From Octopus bimaculoides (Eukaryota): a stretch of 64,000 nt of DNA. Positions 55,492 to 64,000 of this stretch are shown piece after piece. The position numbers and the translations under genes were made by a program. The stretch spans positions 109,101,781 through 109,165,780 of the forward strand of contig NC_068983.1 of assembly GCF_001194135.2 (NCBI RefSeq). The letters run 5' to 3'. Below the pieces are notes generated by a model. It saw only the letters and a list, made by a program, of their open reading frames with translations. It made no database searches and was not told where the DNA came from. Each line of letters begins with the position of its first letter. The stretch's first letter is position 1.

Positions 55492-55834
55492 NNNNNNNNN
55501 NNNNNNNNNNNNNNNNNNNNNNNNNNNNNNNNNNNNNNNNNNNNNNNNNNNNNNNNNNNNNNNNNNNNNNNNNNNNNNNNNNNNNNNNNNNNNNNNNNNN
55601 NNNNNNNNNNNNNNNNNNNNNNNNNNNNNNNNNNNNNNNACATATATCAATTAGAAAATGGAGGCTAATATGCTGTACCCAACGACTTGCAGATAGTGTA
55701 TCCCATTGAATTCATTAACTTAATTTGTAACTAAAGTGACAAAAAACCACAAAGTACAAGTGTTTATGACAAACCATGTATATTGACAACTGGGTTTACA
55801 AATAAAAGTACATAAGGAATTTGAGAATAAGCAT

Positions 55835-56210
55835 AAACTTAATCTTACAGCTGTTTCAGCCTAGCATTGGCATGCCCCATTCTATCCGAATAGCTCCTGC
55901 CGGAGTAATTAGCGGATGAAATGCTGAAACGGGGGTACATGCACAATTCGCTAGGCCTCTTCAGAGATTCACAAAAAAATCCATACAAATATACTGTAAG
56001 AGATAAAAACAAAAATGAAATAGAAATAAAAATAAAAACAAAACTAAAAATAAAAATAAGGGTACAGCAAGAATAAAAAAAAAAAAAAAATGAAAAATGA
56101 AAATATAACATAAAAAAAATATAAAAATATAAAAATATAAGGCACATAAAAAGCCTACAAACAGTACATGAGGTCATACAAATAACTATAGACACTCTAA
56201 TATATAAGTC
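55835..56210 (-). mobile_element. Penelope pLTR/retrozyme-like element (U-rich tract followed by a hammerhead)
   Basis: The minus strand reads a long U-rich tract (forward A-rich 55970-56140) directly into the HHR at 55969-55841, the same architecture as the arms of 53541-54149. Confidence 0.55.
55841..55969 (-). ncRNA. Type I hammerhead ribozyme motif (GUA triplet) with a ~100-nt extended stem II
   Basis: Stem I AAUCU/AGAUU; CUGAAGA (55964-58); stem II GGCCUAGC/GCUAGGCU continuing AUUG/CAAU, GCAUG/CAUGC, CCCC/GGGG, AUCCG/CGGAU and CUCC-GGCA-GGAG; GAAA (55857-54); palindromic stem III CAGCUG. Cleavage is predicted between 55846 and 55845. Confidence 0.85.
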
Positions 56211-56369
56211 CGTGTGCATAACCATACTTAGATGCTCAATGATTCAAGATCATATATATATATGTGAGTACACATGTGTGTCTATATCCATCTATCCCCT
56301 CACACATACGTATACATATACAAATATGTATACACAGACATTCTCCTACGTACATGTATCATGTGTTGA

Positions 56370-56963
56370 ATATGGATTGGGACAGCTGTGTGAAAAAGTG
56401 TCACACCTAACCGTGGAGAGAACCTGTGGTAGGGGCAGACCCAGGAAGACCTGGAATGAGGTGGTGGTGCATGACCTTCAAATGCTGGGTCTCACAGAGG
56501 CAATGACAAGCAACCGAAGCCTTTGAAGGTATGCTGTGCTTGAGAAGACCTGGTAAGCCAAGTGAGATCATAGCTGTGGCCAGTACCAGTGTTGAATAAC
56601 TGGTTCATTTAAAAGTACTCTTCAATCGTCAGGCAATATGCTGTACTTGAGAAGACCTGTTGAGTCAAGTGAAATCATAGTTGTGGCTGATACCAGTGCT
56701 GGCTGGCATTTGTGCTGGTGGCATATAAAAAGCATTATTTGAATGTGGTCGATGCTAGTGCCACCTGATTGGCTCCTATGCCAGTGGCTTGTAAAAAGCA
56801 CCCACTACATTCTTGGAGTGGTTGGCGTTAGGAAGGACATCCAGCTGTAGAAACCTTGCTAGATCAGATTGGAGCCTAGTGCAGCCTCCTGGTTTGCCAG
56901 CCCTCAGTCAAACCATCCAACCCATGCCAGCATGGAAAGCAGACGTTAAATGATGATGATGAT
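56370..56963 (+). mobile_element. RTE LINE 3' end with an internally duplicated 3' UTR and (GAT)n tail
   Basis: TVERTCGRGRPRKTWNEVV.HDLQMLGLTEAMT; ~60-bp direct repeat at ~56532-56592 and ~56639-56699; tail ends at 56963. Confidence 0.85.
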
Positions 56964-56970
56964 GTGTATG

Positions 56971-57010
<40 letters not shown>

Positions 57011-58546
57011 AGTGTGTGTGTTTATATATATATATATAAATATATATGTATATATATACATGTAAGTGCATTTGATTATAATGTTTAAACTGGTATCAAA
57101 TATTTTATGGAATTTATGAAAAGGAGCAAACTAATTTCAATTGCTGACTATTTATAAATTTATTTTGCGCAATATTTTTGGCAACACATTTCTCTTCTAC
57201 TTGTAAATATTTTATAATTTCAATCCATGATTGATTTTCAAATTTTATTTCTTAATAATATTCTACACATTCCATATTTATGCTTATAAATTCTTTCTAA
57301 TGGAGTTAAATTTAAAACTTTTAATTTTTTAGTTCTATCTACTGAAATCCTAATTTGTTTTATTGTATGCCAAAATTTCCAATAAATTTTCATTATCAAG
57401 TATCATCAACCAGATTTTTTTAGAAAATCTTCATCATTTACCATTATTCATACTCTCTGTTGAACAGTTTTTATTACTTCTGTTCTGTCAACTCTAGAAA
57501 CACTATAATGGTCATCTGTGGAATATCCTTCTCTTCCTCCTCATTAACATCATAACCATCGCAACCACCACTATGATCATCATCACCACCACCACTACCA
57601 TCATTATCATCATCAACATTGGTTTAAGTTTGCTTTCTATAATGACATGCATTGGAAAAGTTGTTACAATTGAAGTCAGCACATAGTTGGGTTTACTGCT
57701 CACCAAGATGGATCAGCAGACTGCATCTCATTTGTTTGTTTTTTTTATTTTACCAGTTTGCCACCTTGAAGCGTAATGTATACATTGATAAGCCTTGGTG
57801 TGGCCTAGAGCATTGCGGTCAGTGAATGAAGCTATAACAGTCAATCACATTTAAAATTGAACATCATGTATAAATAAGTATGGTCATGTGCAAGTTAGTT
57901 CAAGAGTGTTGTTGTAAGATTGAACTTGCTATGCATGGGGTGCACCCTGTATTACACAATTGTTTCTGTAGATGGAAACATTTTCAGTAAAAATAGAAGC
58001 AGAGGATGGGATATACAGTTCATGTGATGTCAGAAATGAAATAATTTATAAAGAAGGAGTGGCAGTAGATAAAAATTATATAATACAAAGATAAATAACA
58101 TGAATTTAAAGATTGACAGGCAATAAATTGAAATTAATATTCTGTCCATTGGTGTAATGATTGTTACAGACAAACAAATGGGCTACCTTTACACACTGCT
58201 CAAGAATGATTGAACAGAAATAAAATCAGATGATAATATGTAGTCTGAAGAAGTAAACACCCGATGAAAATATTGAATGAGAGCAAAGAAGACTAAAAAC
58301 TAATGGAAAGTACTTTGAAACAGAAAATGAGTCAGAAAAAAAAGAGTACATCTGAAATATCATTGCAAATTTTACTAATTTCAAGAATTTAAATAGGCAT
58401 TTATTGAAGTAGTGATATTTTGTGAACATTTTAGATCAAGTACATAAGTATTCTATGGAGTTTATGTTTTCATAGGTGCAAAGCTTGCCTTTTCTTGTGC
58501 CATTCACCATCTTACAAATTTAGTGTTGTCCCTTACACTAACTTAA

Positions 58547-58766
58547 CCCTTTTGTTACTGTATTTATTTTGAGATGCTCTGTATTTCTTTCAATTATTTT
58601 AAATATAACAAAGAATTTAGTAAAATAACTTAGTTATCATTCAGTTAGTGTTAGGAAAATGATTTGTGACTAAGGTTTGGTGGAAGATTTTAATTCAAAA
58701 CTTATGAAAACAAGACATTTGTACTCAGAGCCAGAGCCGGTTTCAGCTGGGTTGGTAATGAAAGGA
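58547..58766. mobile_element. 220-bp piggyBac-type MITE
   Basis: TTAA at 58543-46 and 58767-70, with short TIRs CCCTTTTGTTAC / GTAATGAAAGGA. Confidence 0.72.
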
Positions 58767-59352
58767 TTAAATATGACCAGATCTATTTTACATGATGAAC
58801 AATCCTGAATGCAAATAGCCATCATTGTCTTGTTTGTAGATTGTTTTGGATATCTAGATATTAAACTTCATGTGAAATATTGTAGGCTATATCAACACAC
58901 TATCACTATAGATACATACGAACATACAAATAGTCTTTCACACACACATACATACATAAATGTACGTGCACAGAGTCATACATATACAAATAATTTTGTA
59001 AAGTTTAGATATTTGCACAGTTTTTACATTAATTGCAAAGTTAAGTGGAAGCTGATTAAATTTTTTATCTAGTCAAACTGAAGGACACAAAACTAAGTAT
59101 GTCAGTTAATAGCAGGCAGCAATATTTCTTACAGTGCTTGTAATATGAACATACGGCTCTATGACACAGCACTTTAAATATTATAGGATTAATTTAAATA
59201 TAAAAAATAGGATTGAAAAGAGACATGACAGTACATTTCTATTTTTAGAAAGTAGTTTTTACCATGATGACTACTGTTTGTCTTAAGTCCCTACATTATA
59301 AGAAAGAGAGCAACCTTTTAAAGAAATTTCAGATTGTTCTTTTCCTCTGAAG

Positions 59353-59383
<31 letters not shown>

Positions 59384-62300
59384 AATCTGCTTTGGTTTCA
59401 GCAACTTCATTTCTATTTCCCATTGTTAAACAAAATACATAATCACAGTTGCTGATCAAATAATGAAGGATGTTATACAAATCTGAAGTAGTTAATTATC
59501 ATATAATTCTCTTTAAAAAATTTTAATTAACAAACATGCTCTTTGTGATAAAAACTAAAATTGCCAAGGCATTAGCTTTAACAAATATTTTATTGTGACT
59601 GAGAATAATGGATTTCAGTTTATTTTGGGTATGATCATTGTGTCAACAATTGAAGCCTTAAACTTTAAAATATTCTATTTGATAAACACTTTTCAAAATA
59701 CACATCTAAAAATAATGCATTGGTGTCAGAATAATAGCTAACAATTAGCAAATATTTCAGTATGTGGTTTCAACATTTTTAACTACTGCTTCAATTGGAA
59801 TTACAGATTATTTCATAATTACAAACTAACATATGGGCAAGTTCATGCTTTTATACTTTGATATATAAAAACATAATATCAAGTTAAAGAACATATTGAT
59901 TACTTGAAAGTGTAATAACTAGATAAGCATGAAACCTGAGACCAATGTTAGTTATATAATATATATCCAAAGGAGATTGATAGCATACATAATATATTTT
60001 AGACTAATATGTTTATGCTTAAAAATGTCATTACTGAATTAAAAGAAAGGTAATCTATTTCAAAGTAATATATTCACATCCATTAGGATTTTCGATTTGC
60101 AAAGTATGAAAAAAAGAAAAAAATTAAAAATACAAAACAAAAATCCCAGTGACAGTAAGTGCTACTATTTTCATAAATAATTCCTAAATTTTAAATTATA
60201 GTTGCAGTGAGAAAATCCAAATGATGAATAAAAGAAACACTTAATAATCATGCCAGTTGGGGGATTGTATCCCACATTGGTTTCACTTCAAGTTTTTAAT
60301 CAAAGCAACTTAGATTTTCTTATCTTCTCAAATATCTGTCTTGGCTTCTATATATTGTCAATAATTTTTTTTATATTAATCAAATAAAATATACAATAGC
60401 AGTTTTTTTTATCAAACGAAAAGAGATGTGAAAATATGAACAGATTTGTTATCCTACTTAAAATTGCACGACTTGATTTTTTTTATATAATAAAAAGGGT
60501 ACTTTTGTAAATAGTTAGGACATATTCTTAAGTAGAAAAGAAGTTTGCAAAATGTCTTCCAGGATATTAGTAGTTATCAGGTCTAAACTTTAAACTATAT
60601 GGTAAAGGTATATCCATGCATTTAAGAAGTTAATCAAGTGTATGGATATTCCTGTACCATGTAGTTAACATAAGTGAACCAAGTGGCTCAGTGTATGATC
60701 CCATGTATTAATTTAATTCCGAGATTTGAAATCAATACAATTTAATTTGTTGCATAACCTTTCCTTGATATTCTAATATTATAATCCGTTTTGAGTGTCC
60801 TATTAAATTCAATTTAAAATTTACATATTCTCAGTCACCAGTAAACTCTGATGATGCTAGTTCATTAAACATTATCCAACATTAGGTAATCAGCTCCTAG
60901 AAGTATATTGATTTCTAATACAGTCACAAGGAAAGGGTATAGTTTCTAGAAGTTTATTAAAAGTGAATATAGCTTGGAAAATATCAAGAAAAGGTTGTGC
61001 TACAAATTAAATTATCTTAATTTGAAATCTCAAAGTGAAGTTACTAAATTTAGTATCTAGTGTTTGTTGTCCCATAGTTTAAAAACTGTTGAGTATTATG
61101 AGAGTTATTCTTATAGCTGCAATGCAGATAACCAGAAAAGAAGTTAAATCAATAAGAGATAAAGTGTATTAAAAATCTGTTAAGTGAATGGTTTTAGATT
61201 TGATAGCAACTTGTTCAATAATAACATTTAAAAAATAACTTCAATATTTATTTTTCATTAAGGAAATGTACATACATAATTTTTTCAGATATTTAATTTA
61301 TTTTTATAGCTAATGACATTGAAAATGAAGTTACAGAAATATATTCAAAAGTATTTAATTTCCTTGTATGAAATCCTAACATATGTGCATTAGGAAATAA
61401 ACATTAAATGCTTCCTCTAATTCTTTTAAATATACTTTGATATACTTCATGATATAAAAAGAATTTTCAATTTATTTCTATGACCACTTAAAATGTCATA
61501 TCTAATGCAACGAATTCTGATGTGTCTCCAATCTTTAAACATTTAATAAATTCCATTTTCCCCAAACCTCTAATATTTCTATTTCGCTACTTAATTTCTT
61601 TATTTGCTTTAATAAATTTTCAGCTATTTTTCTGTCACATATATCAACAAGAGTTATAAAAAAAATCTTGATTGATACAGATTACTGAAATGCTATGCTG
61701 GTAATATTTTTGGTGATGATGACAATAGGGATGAATGTATTTAAGTTTGTAAAAGTAAGCAGTCATTCTCAAGTACAAAAACAGTCTGAATACCTAAATG
61801 TTAAGATAATAAAATAATTTGAAAAAAAAAACACTGGAAAACTGAAACTTTTTTTAATCAGTGATGGTTTGAAAATATTTTCAAGCAAACATGAAATATA
61901 ATTAAGATAATATCTTATTTTTGCTTCATTTTGTAAAGTTACTGATGTAGCATATGTTACTGATATGTATAACTGTTATTACCAAGAAAAATGGCAAGGT
62001 GAAAGTTTTTTTTAATTATTAGGAAATTTCACAAATAAATCTTTTAAGATAGCTAAACTTAAAACATAAAAAATCATTTATGTTTTATAACACCGCAACT
62101 CTTTCACATTTTAATTGTTTGCCAAGAAAATGCCATTTAAAAAAAAATTACTTTAAAACAGAAAAATACAAGACTAACAGAGCAGATTCAGTTTTACCTA
62201 ATTTACATATAAAGAACAGAAGTACATAAAAAAATGATCTCATTTTAGAGTAAATACTTAAGTGAAAACAACTGTTATGATAATCTTTTTATATATGTTA

Positions 62301-63213
62301 AAATAATGCAACTCTAATAAAGTACTAAAGTATGTATATTTTTTAATCAAAATCTAGAAAACAGTTTTTAATTTAAATCTCTCCCATAATTCCTGCAGAT
62401 GTTTTACTGAACTGTGGAGACTACCGCAGATTGTTAAATGGTTTCATTCTTTAGTTGAAGCCATTTTCCTTCACTGACACTTCTAACAACAGACTTTGCA
62501 TCTTCCCATCTCTTTGAAATTATAAAACTTATGTATTTATTTATCAATATTCAGCATGATTTACTTGCCTTTCAATTGGACTACAATTTCAATTTCCATA
62601 TAACAAGTTTAGAAAGAAAATGTTTTGTTTCTTGTTGAGATGCATAAAGGCCAAAATATATAAATGATTAATAAAAGAAAATTTTCATAAATCTAGAATA
62701 GTCCTTGAATAAAAGTATAGTTTCAAGAAGTCTAAAGTCAAAAAAAGTCAGATGCAGAAAAATTGAAAGATTGACAATTAAGGTGACCTGACTACTTCAG
62801 ACAGACATGTAAAATTGATGCAACTACATTGATTAAGATGAGAATTCACATTGTTTTTCTTTATGATAGTTTTTCAGTACAAATTACATACTTTTTATTT
62901 AATTGATTGCTATTAGCTTGTTTTAATGTTTATGTTTAATGTTTGTATATTGATTTGATGAATGCACACCAATTTTGTATTTATATGATCTTCATTCCTT
63001 GGAAATTTAGTAGATTTATCTTGTTTTACTTTAAAGTAAATTGCTATTGATTTAGCAGGAAATTATTTTTTTATTAATATCCTATTTCACACATTTCTAT
63101 TGATTTTTATTTTGTGATGTGAATAAGAAGCAAACACAACTTTGTGAAAATGTAACATCAATAAATCAGAGATCAGATGTTTTGTATAGTCTGTAAAGCA
63201 TGTGCTCACATGC

Positions 63214-63268
<55 letters not shown>

Positions 63269-64000
63269 GCCACTGAATGGACTTATAAAGTTGAATTGAA
63301 CGTGGAGACTGAATATAGAAAGAAGATGCATAAAGAACTTGTTTACAAAATAAACAGCTATCTGGAAACGAAAACTTTTCAAAAAGTAATCCAATGTATA
63401 AATAGTTTTGCATACTATTTATACACTTTCAAAGTTGGGTTTTATACGTGCCCTAAATTACTAATAAATAGATTAGATATATATTGATTACCTCACTAAA
63501 ATAGTTAAAAAAATTGAATACTCCATGGTTTTAGCTTTTGTTTAACATTTCATTTAGCAAACTACACTGAAAAATTCCAAGTTCAATAAAAAAGATATTG
63601 CATTGGGAATATTTTGTTCTTTTGAATTGTAAATTTCATTTTCCTAAAATTTTATAACGTTTTAGTACTCACTTGCAATATTACAGCAAAATACTATCTC
63701 ACCCTATGAGAAGAAGGTGAAAGAATATGTGGAGAGACCATATTACTAAGCTTTAAAAGTAAATGAGGATTGATGTATCTACTTTGAAGAGTGACAACCA
63801 AACTACCCAACTTTAAACAAAAGTTAGTTTAATATTTACGAGGAAATAATTTAACAAGCCTTTGATGTATAAATGTTTTAACAATATAGTTGGGTGTTTA
63901 GCAAAGTATTGTTTATAAATTGCAAATTAACATTGATTACAATGAAATTAGATTTAAAATTTAGCAAATGAATTACAAGATGATGAATTATTATAAGTCA

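Noticed and set aside
51857-55709. Many ORFs rich in CV/YI/HT dipeptides or running through X stretches (also 152-343, 9613-9933, 19014-19832, 39093-39561)
   Set aside because: They are translations of (TG)n/(TA)n microsatellites or are artificially open through N-gaps.
57870-57935. Possible pre-miRNA-like hairpin
   Set aside because: Only a 7-bp stem with large bulges; insufficient pairing.

Overview
This is very AT-rich, microsatellite-rich eukaryotic DNA with eight N-gaps (1594-2228, 14282-14291, 19305-19714, 40220-40229, 48127-48211, 53382-53511, 54150-54574, 55492-55639). The SINE and RTE repeat families look octopus/cephalopod-like; this is from recognition, not a database search. No intact protein gene, rRNA, tRNA, CRISPR array or prokaryotic feature is recognisable. 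The window is mostly decayed transposons: Tc1 (DD34E), mariner and maT elements, a hAT transposase pseudogene, three short MITEs with TIRs and target-site signatures, about ten RTE LINE pieces, tRNA-derived SINEs and Penelope-like (PLE) remnants. The main hidden signal is a set of type I hammerhead ribozyme (HHR) folds that the ORF track cannot show. A ~610-bp palindrome (53541-54149) carries two divergently oriented HHRs with compensatory base changes. A third HHR (55841-55969, minus strand) has its stem II extended into a ~100-nt hairpin, and a fourth (15681-15728) sits inside a ~215-nt foldback. A second ~610-bp palindrome (14292-14902) carries six CAGGAAGT motifs in three 20-bp-spaced pairs. 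A few short plus-strand exon candidates may belong to an unidentified long-intron host gene, but they are unproven.
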